From assembly GCA_963752285.1 (NCBI GenBank), contig CAVVXN010000005.1:192001-256000 (forward strand): a stretch of 64,000 nucleotides of DNA, in the 5' to 3' direction. Shown piece by piece: positions 1 through 10,103 of this stretch. The notes below the pieces were generated by a model that was not told the origin of the DNA, searched no databases, and saw only the letters and a list, made by a program, of their open reading frames with translations. The position numbers were made by a program, and so were the translations under genes. Numbering within the stretch: the stretch's first letter is position 1; every line of letters begins with the position of its first letter. Source of the DNA: an uncultured Planctomycetota bacterium. Lineage in GTDB: Bacteria > Planctomycetota > PLA2 > JAEUHO01.

Positions 1-351
1 GGCATCCCCTCGGGGACGGGACGCGGGACCAACAAGACCAGCATCGTGGTGGAGCTCCAGGGCTGCCCGTTGCTGCCGGACGGCACGGCGGACACGTCCA
101 GCAAGACGGGATGGCGGACGGCCGGCTACTTCCTGACGACCGCCGCGGGCGTCCAGTGGGTCCCGGACCTCAACCCGCCGGGAGGCGACGTCACGCTCTC
201 GCCCGACAACACGGGCGCGGGGCTCTCCGCCCTGAACGGATCGGGCTACGTCCAGGTCCGGATCTCGTTCTTCCTGCCGTCCACGGTCACGGCGGTCCAG
301 CCGGGTCCGTACGTGGACAACTACACGATCCGGTTCTCGTTCGACCAGTAG
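1..351 (+). CDS. 3' end of a hypothetical protein (partial), possibly a large exported beta-rich protein
   Basis: Frame 1 is open from the window edge to TAG at 349-351 with GC3-biased codons; ends ...YVQVRISFFLP...PYVDNYTIRFSFDQ. Confidence 0.6.
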   Translation, partial: GIPSGTGRGTNKTSIVVELQGCPLLPDGTADTSSKTGWRTAGYFLTTAAGVQWVPDLNPPGGDVTLSPDNTGAGLSALNGSGYVQVRISFFLPSTVTAVQPGPYVDNYTIRFSFDQ

Positions 352-558
352 CCCTCGCCGGGCTTCTCCTCGAGCTTGCTCTCCGGGTGCGCCCGGGGCC
401 CGTCGGGTCCCGGGCGCACTTCCTTGGGTGGTGCCGGCCTCGGGCGGGTCGGCCCTCGCGATGGGGGCGCGTCCGCCGCGGGCCCGGCGCGCCGTCGCGC
501 GACCGGCGTACCTCCTGCGGAGCCGCCCGGGAGCCCCGGAGCCGCCCTCCCGGTTCGC

Positions 559-1431
559 TCAGCGCGAGGCGTCGCGCGTCGTCGGGCCCCGGCCCAGGGA
601 CTCGTTCAGGCTGCCGCTCCGGTAGCCCTCCGCGTCGAAGGACACGTAGTCGAACCCCGCGGCCCGGACGCCCTCCACGATCCGCTCGCGGACCCCGGCC
701 GAGAGCGCCGCGGCGAGGTCGGTCAGGGGGACCTCGATCCGCGCCACCGTCCCGTGCACCCGAACGCGGACCACCGAGAACCCCTCCCGTCGGATCGCCC
801 GTTCGGCCGCGGCGACGCGCTGAAGGCCCTCCCGCGTGACCTCGGTGCCGTAGGGGAAGCGGCTCGAGAGGCAGGCTTCCGGCGGCTTGTCCCACGTCGG
901 GAGCCCCATCTCGCGCGAGAGCGCCCGGACCCAGCTCTTCGTGAGGCCGGCCTCCAGGAGTGGCGAGCGTACACCATGTCGCCGCGCCGCGGCCATCCCG
1001 GGACGGTGGTCTCCCACGTCGTCGGCGTTCGAGCCGTCGAGGACGTTCGAGAGACCGCGCTCCCGGGCCACCTCGCGGAGTTGCCCGTAGAGGTGGTCCT
1101 TGCAGTGGAAGCAGCGGTCGGGGGCGTTCCTGCGGAACGCCTCGATGTCGAGCTCCGAGGACCGCACGACGACGTGCTCGACGCCCGCCCGCCGTGCGAC
1201 GTCGCACGCGGTCTCGAGCTCCTCCGCCGCCAGGCTCTCCGAACGGCTCGTCACCGCGACGACGTGCGCGCGGCCCCAGGCCCGGGCCGCCGCGTGGACG
1301 AGGAGAGCGCTGTCCGCGCCCCCGGACAGGGCCACGACCGCGCCGGGCGCGAGGTCCCGGAGCGTGTCGAGGAGGCGGCGCCTCGCCTCGTCGATGTCCC
1401 CGGGCGGCGGCGGGACGGGGGGACCGTGCAT
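559..1431 (-). CDS. larE: LarE-family ATP-dependent sulfur transferase (PP-loop)
   Basis: VVALSGGADS PP-loop, RCFHCK, DGSNADD..DHRPG, PLLEAGLTK, ACLSSRFPYG, YRSGSLN; start MHGPP at 1431. Confidence 0.9.
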   Translation of the reverse strand: MHGPPVPPPPGDIDEARRRLLDTLRDLAPGAVVALSGGADSALLVHAAARAWGRAHVVAVTSRSESLAAEELETACDVARRAGVEHVVVRSSELDIEAFRRNAPDRCFHCKDHLYGQLREVARERGLSNVLDGSNADDVGDHRPGMAAARRHGVRSPLLEAGLTKSWVRALSREMGLPTWDKPPEACLSSRFPYGTEVTREGLQRVAAAERAIRREGFSVVRVRVHGTVARIEVPLTDLAAALSAGVRERIVEGVRAAGFDYVSFDAEGYRSGSLNESLGRGPTTRDASR

Positions 1432-1496
1432 GCGCTGAGCATACGCGGTCCTCGGCGGGCGACGAGCGGGGGACCCGTACACACGGGACGCGTGGG

Positions 1497-2630
1497 TCAC
1501 CGCTGGAAGAGCGGGATCCCCTCGTCCGGGACGGCGAGCGTGAGGGTCGCGAACGCGGTCGGGAGCAGCGGGCCGAACTCGAACTGGTCGTGGTCGTCCC
1601 ACCACCCCTCGATCGACTGGCGGGACAGGATGTGCGGGTACATCTCCATCTGCCAGCGGGCCCAGTAGCCCGACGAGTGGGGGTCCCAGTCGTCCCCGTC
1701 CCGCTGCCAGCAGGCCCACGCCGCGTAGAAGTTGCCGTAGTAGTACCAGCGCTGCTGCTGCTTCACGGTGACGAGCTGGTCCATCATGAAGTCGAGGCCG
1801 CGGCGGATCCGGTCCTCGTTCCTGGCGTCGGCGTACCGACCGTAGAGGAGGAAGGACGAGAGGGCGGCGGCGGTCAGCGCGTAGGACGAGCGCTCGACGT
1901 AGACGCTGTACCGAAACGAGCCGTTCGGGTTCTGGCTCCGTACGAGGTAGTAGAGCCCCCGCTTCACCACCTCCTCGTGCACGGGCACGCCGGCGTCGCT
2001 CGCGGCGCGAAGGCCCTGCGCCACCGTGACCGTCACGCTGCCCTCGTGGTCCGAGCTCGGGTTCGGCTCGTAGCCGAACCCGCCCGTCGCCGTCTGCGAC
2101 TGTTCGATGCACTGCACCGCCTTGACGACCACCCCCCGCATGCGCTCGTAGCGAGCGTCGGTCGTCGTGCCCATCGCGGTAGCGAGTGCCAGCGTCGCGA
2201 AGCCCTGACCGTGCATTCGCGAGGACGGATCCTTGGGGTGATAGAAGTACCCCTCGGGGAACTGGCCGCCGTGCGAGGGGTTCTCGACGAGCCCGAGGAG
2301 GAAGTCGATCCCCCGCTGGACCTGCCGGCCGTACGGACCGCGACCGTCGGACGATCCCGTGGCCATCAACGCGAGCACGGAGAGCGCGCTCAGCGCCACG
2401 ATGCCGTTGTTCTGACCGAAGTAGCCCGCCCCGTGCTCGGGCTGCTGCCCGGCGATCCAGTGGCAGCCCTTCGCCACGGCCTCCCGACGCTGCCGGCGCG
2501 CGGACGCCGTCTCGGCGCGGGCGGTGGCGTCGGTGCCCCGCGCGGACGCGGACAACGGGAAGCCGAGTCCACCGAGCGCCCAGCACGCGCCGGCGCCGAG
2601 CGCCGAGCCGAGGACCTGTCGGCGGTCCAT
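1497..2630 (-). CDS. Prenyltransferase/squalene-oxidase-repeat protein with Tat-type signal peptide
   Basis: MDRRQVLG twin-arginine leader; QW-like repeats (SQTATGGFGY, SQNPNGSFRY, RQSIEGWW); MHGQGFATLALA; YYYGNFYAA. Confidence 0.8.
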   Translation of the reverse strand: MDRRQVLGSALGAGACWALGGLGFPLSASARGTDATARAETASARRQRREAVAKGCHWIAGQQPEHGAGYFGQNNGIVALSALSVLALMATGSSDGRGPYGRQVQRGIDFLLGLVENPSHGGQFPEGYFYHPKDPSSRMHGQGFATLALATAMGTTTDARYERMRGVVVKAVQCIEQSQTATGGFGYEPNPSSDHEGSVTVTVAQGLRAASDAGVPVHEEVVKRGLYYLVRSQNPNGSFRYSVYVERSSYALTAAALSSFLLYGRYADARNEDRIRRGLDFMMDQLVTVKQQQRWYYYGNFYAAWACWQRDGDDWDPHSSGYWARWQMEMYPHILSRQSIEGWWDDHDQFEFGPLLPTAFATLTLAVPDEGIPLFQR

Positions 2631-2670
2631 CGGCCCCTGGTGGACGGCGCGACGCCCGTCGTTCACCCCC

Positions 2671-3615
2671 TCACCTCCCGTGCGACTCCGAAGCCGCGCG
2701 TCCGAGCCACTGGAGGTATTCCTTGATCAGCTCCTGGTATTCGGGCGGGATCTTCTCCATGGCCCCCCGGACGTAGGCGTCGCGGATCTGCGGCGGGAGC
2801 TTCGGGTCCCACACCGGGCGGTCGTCCTTCGGCGGGGGCTCGCCGGAGCCCGGCGGCTTGGGCTGTGCCGGGTCGCGGTCCTTCGGGTCGCGCGGGTGGT
2901 CGGGGCGTCCGTCCTCCGGCTTCTTCTCGCCGCCCGCGTCGGGCTTGTCGTCCATCGACTTGCGGATGTCGCGCGGGTCGGGTTTCGGCTCGGCGGACGG
3001 GTCCTGCGGGTCCGGCGAGCTGCCGGACCGGGAGTACGGCACCATGCGGACGAGCTGCTCCATCTCGCGCGGGATCTCTCCGGAGGTCTTCCGGGACTCG
3101 CGGATCAGGTCTTCCATGGAGCGGGCGGCGTCGGCGCCGCCCTCCGGGGCCTGGCCGCCGGAGGGGCCCGGTCCGGCGCCCGGGTGCGTCTCTCCACCCC
3201 CCGACGGGCTCGGACCGGCCCCGGGGGCGCCCGCCCCAGACGGCGACGTGCCAGAGGGCGGCGTGCCGGAGGGGGCGGTGCCGGAAGGCGAGGTGCCCGT
3301 CCCTCCGCCGGGATGGCTCGGGTCCGTGCCCTCCGTGCCCTCCGTGCCCGAGTCCGTGCTGCCGCCCGGCCGCGGGGGAACCTCGGGGGGCTTCACGTCC
3401 ACGGGCTCGGGCTTCTTCGCCTGCTTGCCCGTGCTGATGCGGAGCAGCGCCTCTTCGTTCTCGTGCATCAGACGGATGATCTTCTCCATCTGCGCCTTCA
3501 CCTTGGCGCTCACCTCGTCCATCCCCTCCTCGCCCTCGCCTCGTGCGGACGCGAGGGCGCCGAAGGTGACGGCCGTCACCCCGAGTCCCAGGGCGATCGA
3601 TCTCATGAGCTTCAT
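2671..3615 (-). CDS. Exported Pro/Gly-rich hypothetical protein
   Basis: Signal peptide MKLMRSIALGLGVTAVTFGALASA; low-complexity middle; C-terminal WDPKLPPQIR...IPPEYQELIKEYLQWL helix. Confidence 0.75.
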   Translation of the reverse strand: MKLMRSIALGLGVTAVTFGALASARGEGEEGMDEVSAKVKAQMEKIIRLMHENEEALLRISTGKQAKKPEPVDVKPPEVPPRPGGSTDSGTEGTEGTDPSHPGGGTGTSPSGTAPSGTPPSGTSPSGAGAPGAGPSPSGGGETHPGAGPGPSGGQAPEGGADAARSMEDLIRESRKTSGEIPREMEQLVRMVPYSRSGSSPDPQDPSAEPKPDPRDIRKSMDDKPDAGGEKKPEDGRPDHPRDPKDRDPAQPKPPGSGEPPPKDDRPVWDPKLPPQIRDAYVRGAMEKIPPEYQELIKEYLQWLGRAASESHGR

Positions 3616-3664
3616 GGCATGGCTCCGTCCGATGCAGTATCTCACGTGCGCGGCGCCCGGTTCG

Positions 3665-6600
3665 TCATGACCCGAAAACCGCCTTCTTCAGCTCGTCCAG
3701 CATTCTCGTGAGGCGGCTCTGCTGGTGATAGAGGCGCTCGAGTACGCGCCGCTGATCGTCGTTCACGTCGCCCTCGTGAATCGAGGGGTTCCGTCGCCAG
3801 AAGGTCTCGATCTTGAGGTTCAAGTCCTGCTGGCGCCGCCGGAGGAGCTTGATCTCGGCGATCGGCGGCACGAGCTGCGGGCGCGGTTGACCGCCCCCCT
3901 GCTGCTGCTGACCCCCCTGCTGTTGCTGACGACGGCGGTCGATCTCGTCCTCGAAGCCGCCGATCAGGTCGTCGAGGCGCTGGACCACCTCGTCTTCGAT
4001 CGTCACCACGAGGGGCCCGACGTCGCGCTGATCGAGCTGGTCCACGATCTCGCCCATGTCGAGGTACGCCTCCTCCATCACCGCGGCGAAGGCGACCGAC
4101 CCCTCCTTCTGCACGGCCTCGAGGCGCTCCTGGAACCGTGCCGCGAGGTCCTTCTCGTCGTGGGACAGGTCCTCGATCTGGCGCTTCACCACGCGGCGGG
4201 GGACCTGCCCGCCCGCGAGGTCCTGCGACAGGGTCGCGGTGCGGTCGCGGATCGCCTTCTGCTCGTCGCGGAAGCCCTTGAGGTCCTGGGAGAGACGGAA
4301 CAGCAGCTCGTCCTGCTGAAGGCTCTGGTAGTGCCGCCGCTCCTGGTCGAGCTCCTGCCGCACCTGCTCCAGGTACTGCCGCGCCTCCTCGGCCTTTTTC
4401 GAGGCCTGCTGGCCCTGGCCGCTCGACAGGTCGTCCTCGGTCTCCTCCATCGCGCGCTTCGCGGCGTTGGCGTTCTTCTGGGCCTCCTTCGACTGGGCCT
4501 GGTCGAGCAGCTCCTGGAGGCGCTTCAGTCGCTCCCGGATCCGTTTCTGCTCGTCCTGGAGGCGGGCGAGGGTCTCGCGGCGGTCCTCGGACGATCCCGA
4601 CTCGCTCCCGGCCTTCGAGAGGTCCTTCTGCGCCTGCTCCAGGTGCGACTCCGCGCTCTGCTGCGAGGTCTGGGCGGCACCCGACTGGCCGGCCTCGCCG
4701 CTCTGCGCCGCCTTCGTCATCTCCTCGGCCGCCTGGTCCACGTGCGCGGCCGCCCGCTCGGCGCCCGCCTTCGCCTCTTGGGACGCGGGGTCGAGCTCCC
4801 GGATCTTCCGGCCGAGCTCCTCGGCCTCCGCCTCGAGATCGCGCTGGCGCTGGCCGAGCTCGCGGCGCTTCGCCGCGCCCTGGGCCGTCTGCTCGGCGGC
4901 CTCCTTCTCGAGGGCGGCCTTGGCGGCCTCGAGCTCCTCGACCGCCTTCTGCTGCGCGGCGCCCGCCTCGCCCTTGGCACCGCCCTTCGCGAGCGCGCCC
5001 GCGGCCTGGCCCATGGCCTGGCTCGCTGCCGCGGCGTGCTCGGCGGCCGACTGGCTGGCCGGGCCCGCCTGGGGAGAGCTCGCGTCGGAGCGCATGCCCG
5101 CCGCCAGCTTCTCCGCCTCGGCGGCCAGGGCGGCCTGCTGCCCCGCGGTCTTCGGGCCCGCCCCCGCTTCGAGGGACTCCGCGGCGCGCTCGAGCGCCGC
5201 GCTCGCCTCCCGTTGCGCCTCGCCCGCGCCGGCGTCCTCGCCTCGGCCAGCCGCGTCCGCCGCCTGGGCCATCCGGGCCGCCGCCTCGAGCGCTGCCTCC
5301 CGCGCCTGGGCCGTGCTCCCCGCCGGGGCCTCGTCCCCGGTCGTCGCGGGCGTCTTCTCGCTGCCGGGAGGGGAGGACGGCGAGGATCCGCTCGGCGAGG
5401 ACCCGCTCGGCGAGGACCCGCTCGGCGGCGACGTGCCGGGCGGCGTACCCGACGGAGGCGTCCCCGCGGGGCTCGTCCCGGCGGGTGGCGCACCGCCCGG
5501 CGACGGCGGGCTCGGAGGCGTGGCGCCCGACGGGGCGCCTCCGGGCGTGGGACCCTGCCCCTCCGTCGGGGTCTCGGCGCCGGCCGCCGGCGAGGAGGCC
5601 CCGGAGGACGCGCCCGGGGTGCGGTCCCGTCCCTCGGGCGCCCGCCCGCCTGCGGACGCGTCGCCCGCGAGTCGCGAGGCGAGGTCCTCGGCCTCTCCCT
5701 GGCGCGCGGCCTCGGCCGCGCGGGTCGCCTCCGCGTCGGCTCCGGCCTTCGCGCCGCCGAGCGCCGCGATCGCGCGCTCGACGTCCTTGCGGGCCCGTCC
5801 CGCGGCCGCCGAGCCCGCGGACGGCTTGTCGCTCCGGAGGCCCGCCGAGGCCTCGTCGAGGCCGCCCGCGGCGGCGCGGAGGGCGTCCGCGGCGTCACCC
5901 GCGGCGTCCGGCTCGAGGGCCGGGCCCGCGAGCCCGTTCACGGTGCGGGCGAGGGCCACGGCCTCGGCACCGGCCGTGTCCGCGAGCTTGGCCGTCCTCT
6001 CGGGGTCCGCGTCGAGCGCCGCGGCCTTCGCCTCGACGTCCTTAGCCGCGTCGGCCAGCTCCGGGCCGTTCGCCGCCGGGTCCTCCTCGCCCGACGCCGC
6101 GGCCCGTTCGGCGCGCGCCAGGCGGTCGAGGGCCTCGGCCAGGGCCGCTTCCTCGGCCGAGCCCGTCGTGGACGGGGCCGGCGGGGCGCCAGCGCCTCCG
6201 CTCGCCTGGGGCCCCGGCCCGTGAAGCGTTCGGGCCGTCGCCGCGGCGTCCTCTGCGGCCTTCTCGAGCGCCTTCGCGCGGTCGTCCCCGGTCGCGCTCG
6301 CGGCCTCGCGTGCGGCCTTCGCCGCCGCGGCGGCTTCGGCGGCCGTCGCGTCCCGGCCGGCGGCCAACTCGACGGCCCGCGCCCGCTCGAGGAGGCCCTG
6401 GAGCGCGCGCTTCGCCTCACCGACCGCCGCGCGCGCCTCGCTCGCCTGGGCCGCTTCGGCCTCGCGCCGGGCGAGGTCGCGTGCCGTCTTGGCGGCGTCC
6501 GCCAGGTCCGCCGACGACGTCCGGCCCGGCTCCGTCGTCTGGGCCATCGCCTCCTTCTGGCGCCGCTCGAGGTCGGTCAGCGCGGCGATCCGCTGGGCGG

Positions 6601-7231
6601 TCGCGTCCTGCTCCGCGGCCTTCTGGGCGGCCGCCTGGGCCGCCAGCGCGTGCTGCTCCGCCTGGAGCTTCCCGAGCTGCTGGCGGATCTCCTCGGCCCG
6701 GCGCGCCGCCTCCGAGCGGGCGTCCGCCTCGGCCTGGTCGATCTTCTTCTGGAGATCGCTCTCCTGGTCCTTCAGTCGGGAGGCCTCCGCGGCGGCCTGC
6801 TCCGCGGCCTCGAGGCGCTGTCGGATCTCGTCCCGCGTGAACTCGCGGTTGCGGTCCTCGAGGATCAGCAGGAGGCGGTTCAGCGCTTCCAGCACGGCGT
6901 GGCTTGCGCCTCCCGCCTCGTTCACGTGGCCCTGCTCGAGCGCGGCGAGGACCTCGAGCAGCTTTCCGGCCACGTTCGCGTCCTCGATGTGCTTCAGCCC
7001 CGCGGCGACGAGGTCGGCCTCGTACCCGTGCCCCGTGCGTCTCAAGTCGTCCGCGACCGCCTTGAGGTCGCTGCGCAGGCTCCGGAGGTCACCGTCCACC
7101 TTCTTCTCGGCGGCCTTCGCCTCCGAGATCCGCTGCGCGTCCGACTCGTCGTCGGCCCGCAGGGCACGCGCTCCCACGAGGGCGAGGGTCGCCAGGAGGA
7201 GGGCCACGAGAGTCGGGCGGGGCGTGCGCAT
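3665..7231 (-). CDS. Large exported coiled-coil protein (DUF4175-like)
   Basis: Signal peptide MRTPRPTLVALLLATLALVGARALRA; long Ala/Gln/Glu heptad regions; C-terminal QQQQGGG-LVPPIAEIKLLR; start overlaps upstream stop (TGATG). Confidence 0.75.
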   Translation of the reverse strand: MRTPRPTLVALLLATLALVGARALRADDESDAQRISEAKAAEKKVDGDLRSLRSDLKAVADDLRRTGHGYEADLVAAGLKHIEDANVAGKLLEVLAALEQGHVNEAGGASHAVLEALNRLLLILEDRNREFTRDEIRQRLEAAEQAAAEASRLKDQESDLQKKIDQAEADARSEAARRAEEIRQQLGKLQAEQHALAAQAAAQKAAEQDATAQRIAALTDLERRQKEAMAQTTEPGRTSSADLADAAKTARDLARREAEAAQASEARAAVGEAKRALQGLLERARAVELAAGRDATAAEAAAAAKAAREAASATGDDRAKALEKAAEDAAATARTLHGPGPQASGGAGAPPAPSTTGSAEEAALAEALDRLARAERAAASGEEDPAANGPELADAAKDVEAKAAALDADPERTAKLADTAGAEAVALARTVNGLAGPALEPDAAGDAADALRAAAGGLDEASAGLRSDKPSAGSAAAGRARKDVERAIAALGGAKAGADAEATRAAEAARQGEAEDLASRLAGDASAGGRAPEGRDRTPGASSGASSPAAGAETPTEGQGPTPGGAPSGATPPSPPSPGGAPPAGTSPAGTPPSGTPPGTSPPSGSSPSGSSPSGSSPSSPPGSEKTPATTGDEAPAGSTAQAREAALEAAARMAQAADAAGRGEDAGAGEAQREASAALERAAESLEAGAGPKTAGQQAALAAEAEKLAAGMRSDASSPQAGPASQSAAEHAAAASQAMGQAAGALAKGGAKGEAGAAQQKAVEELEAAKAALEKEAAEQTAQGAAKRRELGQRQRDLEAEAEELGRKIRELDPASQEAKAGAERAAAHVDQAAEEMTKAAQSGEAGQSGAAQTSQQSAESHLEQAQKDLSKAGSESGSSEDRRETLARLQDEQKRIRERLKRLQELLDQAQSKEAQKNANAAKRAMEETEDDLSSGQGQQASKKAEEARQYLEQVRQELDQERRHYQSLQQDELLFRLSQDLKGFRDEQKAIRDRTATLSQDLAGGQVPRRVVKRQIEDLSHDEKDLAARFQERLEAVQKEGSVAFAAVMEEAYLDMGEIVDQLDQRDVGPLVVTIEDEVVQRLDDLIGGFEDEIDRRRQQQQGGQQQQGGGQPRPQLVPPIAEIKLLRRRQQDLNLKIETFWRRNPSIHEGDVNDDQRRVLERLYHQQSRLTRMLDELKKAVFGS
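5381..5427. repeat. Intragenic 15-bp tandem repeat (3 copies) encoding PSGSS repeats
   Basis: cgaggatccgctcgg cgaggacccgctcgg cgaggacccgctcgg. Confidence 0.8.
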
Positions 7232-9864
7232 CAGGGCCTCCGGGTTTCGCCGGGTGCGGCAGGGGCCGTGCCGGACAGGCGCTCGTCGAGCGCCTCCTGC
7301 TCCTCGATCAGGCGGCGGAGATCGAGGACGAGCTGATGGAGGTTCTGCCACGTGCGCATGCGCTCCAGGGTCTCCTGGAGCGCACGGCCGAGCGCGTCCT
7401 CGGCGGCGAGCAGGTCGGCCGGCGTCGCGTCGCCCGCCACCGCGCGCGTCGCGGTCTCGTGCGCCGCGGGCGCGGCGCGCGCCGCGGCCTCGACCGCCGG
7501 TTCGAGGACCCCGAGCAGGCCGTCGAGCACGCCCGTGTCCACGAAGGCCTTCTGCCTCCACTGTCGAACGATCGTGTCGTAGAGCGCGTACGGGAAGGCG
7601 GGGTCGCCCGCGGACGGTACGTCCGAGCCGGGAGCGCCCGGGCTCGCCGCCGCGTCCCCTCCCGGGCCGGGCGGGGCGCCGTACGTGCGGCGGTGGTACG
7701 CGTCGAGGGTGGCGAGGACGTGCTCGGTGGGGATCTCGGCGCCGAGTCGGTCGTAGATCCAGGCGTCGAACAGGTCGAGGACGCCCGCGGTCGCCTGCTC
7801 CACGTCCTGGGCCAGCTTCGCGTGCGCGAACTGCACGCTCTTCAGGAGGTCCTTCCCCTCCGCGCCGACGGACCCCCCTGCGAGCTCGGCGACCTGGGCC
7901 CGCCGCGCCTGCAGGTCGCTGGCGGCCACGCCGAAGGCCGTGCGCACGCTGTTGCGGCGCCCGGCAAGCCCGCGTTCCAGGTCGGTGGCGGCGAACACGT
8001 CGATCGCGGTCCAGGGCCCCTCGTGCACCTGCCCCTTGCTGTCGGTCGCGACGAGGCGGGCCGAGAGCCGGGCCGGGGGCGCGAGGCCCTCGGCATCGCT
8101 CGCCGCGAGTCGCGCGATCTCGAGCGGGGCGTACGTGCGCACCAAGGCGCGTCCGTAGGGCCCGTCGTTCGCCGCCCAGTCGGGGGGCGGCCCCGCCGTG
8201 GGGGGCGCGGTCCCCTCCGCCGGCTGCGGCCCGTCCGGGCCGGCGCCTCGGGGCGGGGCGGGCGCGGGCCCGGGCTCGGTGGGCTCGGTCGCGGTGGACG
8301 CGAGCGACGGCCTCTCGGGCATCCCGGGCGCGTCCTCGGTGTAGGGCGTCAGGGCGTAGGTGGCCAGCACGTCGTGGGGCAGCCGGACCTCGAGGCGGAG
8401 CGCGGCCACGGCATGGTCGTCCTCCGTCACGGCGAGGAGCGGGATGCGGCCCTTCGGCGTCACCTCGAGGGGGCCGTGCGGGTACACCCATCGCACGTTC
8501 GGGGGGCGGTCGGGCTCCACCTGGATCTCGTACGTGTCGGACGCGGAGTCGCTCTCGCGACCGCCGGAGGTGGTGAGGCGGACGTGGTAGCGCATCGGGC
8601 CGGTGGCCTCGAGCGGGAACGTGAAGACCCGGCCGTCCGCGCCCGTCCGCGTTCCCTCGACGACCCGGTCGGTCAACACGGCGCTGGCCGAGGCGACTGG
8701 CACGTCCGCCTCGACCTCCACGTCCACGTGCGTGCCCTCGGGGACCGTGAGGTCGCCGCCGGCCACCGTCTCCTGGGGCCGGCCGAGGTACGCGGGGAAG
8801 GAGAGGCGCGACCGGACCGAGAGGACGCGCGGAGGCACCACGATCTCGACCTGGTAGACGGGTGCGAGGTCCACGTCGTCGCCGCCCTCGAGCGTGAACG
8901 AGAAGGGCCGGCGCACGTCGCGGATCTCGATGCGGAACAGTCCCGGATGCTCGGCCAGCGCGAAGAGGCGGCGCGTGAGCGAGCGTCCCTCCGCGACCTG
9001 GTCGCGCATGATCACCTCGTCGGGGACGCTGCCCTCGGCCACCGCGTTCAGGACGAAGGGGCGCCCGACGACGACCTCGAAGGGACGTTCGGGGGGATGG
9101 GTGGCGAGTGCGCCCTCCGCGTCGAGGTCCACGGCGAGCACGGTGGTCCTGCGCGGCCACGCGACGTCTTCCAGTCCGAGGCTGCGGCGCGCCCACAGCG
9201 CGACCGTGTCGCCCCAGGCCAGCGTGACGACGACCGCGACGAGCACGGAGAGGGCCGCGGCGCCCGACCAGGCGGCCGCGCGTCGGGCCGAGACCGCCCG
9301 GCCGAAGGCGAGCGGTCCCGCCGTGCGCGCGGCGTCGTCGAGCACCGCACGCATCATGCTCTCGCTCTCGCCCCGGGTGGGACTTCGGAGCTCCGTCTCG
9401 AAGTCCAGGGCCGCGGCGAGGCGGTCCCCCAGGCCCTGGTAGCGGTGCTCGACCGCGAGCGCGAGGCGCTCGTCCGGGAGGGGGCCGAGCGCGGGCAGGA
9501 CCAGTCGGAAGCCGAGCCACAGCCCCACGCCGACGAGGCCCCCCGTGAGGAACGCGAAGAGGGGCGCGGCGCCGAGGCGCTGCCGCCCGGACCACAGCGC
9601 GAGCGTGAGGCTGCCCAGGAAGAGGGCCAGCCACGGCGCGGTGGCGAGGCCCGCCGGCTGGTCGAGGAGCCCGAGTCGGATCATCCGGCGGACGCCGATC
9701 GGCAGATCGAGCAGCCAGTCCGCGAGGAACCACGCGAGGAGGAGCACGACGCCGCTCGTCACGATGCGCGCGACCCCCTGCACGGCGGAGAGGGTCCGGA
9801 TCCGGTGCCGCAAGCCCGCCAGTCGGCGGCGCAGCGCGCGGACGGGAGATGCGGAGTCGGGCAT
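7231..9864 (-). CDS. Membrane-anchored DUF4175-like protein (N-terminal TM helices, Ig-like middle, helical C-terminus)
   Basis: Several hydrophobic segments; LALAVEHRYQGLGDRLAAALDF; WPRRT; FPAYLG; DRPPNV; EDDHAV. Confidence 0.75.
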   Translation of the reverse strand: MPDSASPVRALRRRLAGLRHRIRTLSAVQGVARIVTSGVVLLLAWFLADWLLDLPIGVRRMIRLGLLDQPAGLATAPWLALFLGSLTLALWSGRQRLGAAPLFAFLTGGLVGVGLWLGFRLVLPALGPLPDERLALAVEHRYQGLGDRLAAALDFETELRSPTRGESESMMRAVLDDAARTAGPLAFGRAVSARRAAAWSGAAALSVLVAVVVTLAWGDTVALWARRSLGLEDVAWPRRTTVLAVDLDAEGALATHPPERPFEVVVGRPFVLNAVAEGSVPDEVIMRDQVAEGRSLTRRLFALAEHPGLFRIEIRDVRRPFSFTLEGGDDVDLAPVYQVEIVVPPRVLSVRSRLSFPAYLGRPQETVAGGDLTVPEGTHVDVEVEADVPVASASAVLTDRVVEGTRTGADGRVFTFPLEATGPMRYHVRLTTSGGRESDSASDTYEIQVEPDRPPNVRWVYPHGPLEVTPKGRIPLLAVTEDDHAVAALRLEVRLPHDVLATYALTPYTEDAPGMPERPSLASTATEPTEPGPAPAPPRGAGPDGPQPAEGTAPPTAGPPPDWAANDGPYGRALVRTYAPLEIARLAASDAEGLAPPARLSARLVATDSKGQVHEGPWTAIDVFAATDLERGLAGRRNSVRTAFGVAASDLQARRAQVAELAGGSVGAEGKDLLKSVQFAHAKLAQDVEQATAGVLDLFDAWIYDRLGAEIPTEHVLATLDAYHRRTYGAPPGPGGDAAASPGAPGSDVPSAGDPAFPYALYDTIVRQWRQKAFVDTGVLDGLLGVLEPAVEAAARAAPAAHETATRAVAGDATPADLLAAEDALGRALQETLERMRTWQNLHQLVLDLRRLIEEQEALDERLSGTAPAAPGETRRP

Positions 9865-10103
9865 CCAGCGACCTCGGGCGAGGGGAGGGACGACGCGGGA
9901 CGGGGCCGCAACCGTGACGGTACTCCGGGCGGGAGCGTTCGGCCCGTACGCACTACACGGACACCCCCTTCGGGGGCCGGTTCCCGGCATTTCCGCGGTC
10001 CCCCGTCCGCGGCGTGTCGGGCGCGGCGCGTCGTGCGCCCGGGGACCAGAGCCCGCGGACCGGTCGCCAACGCGGGCGCCGGCGGGCCCGCCGCGCGGCC
10101 GGG

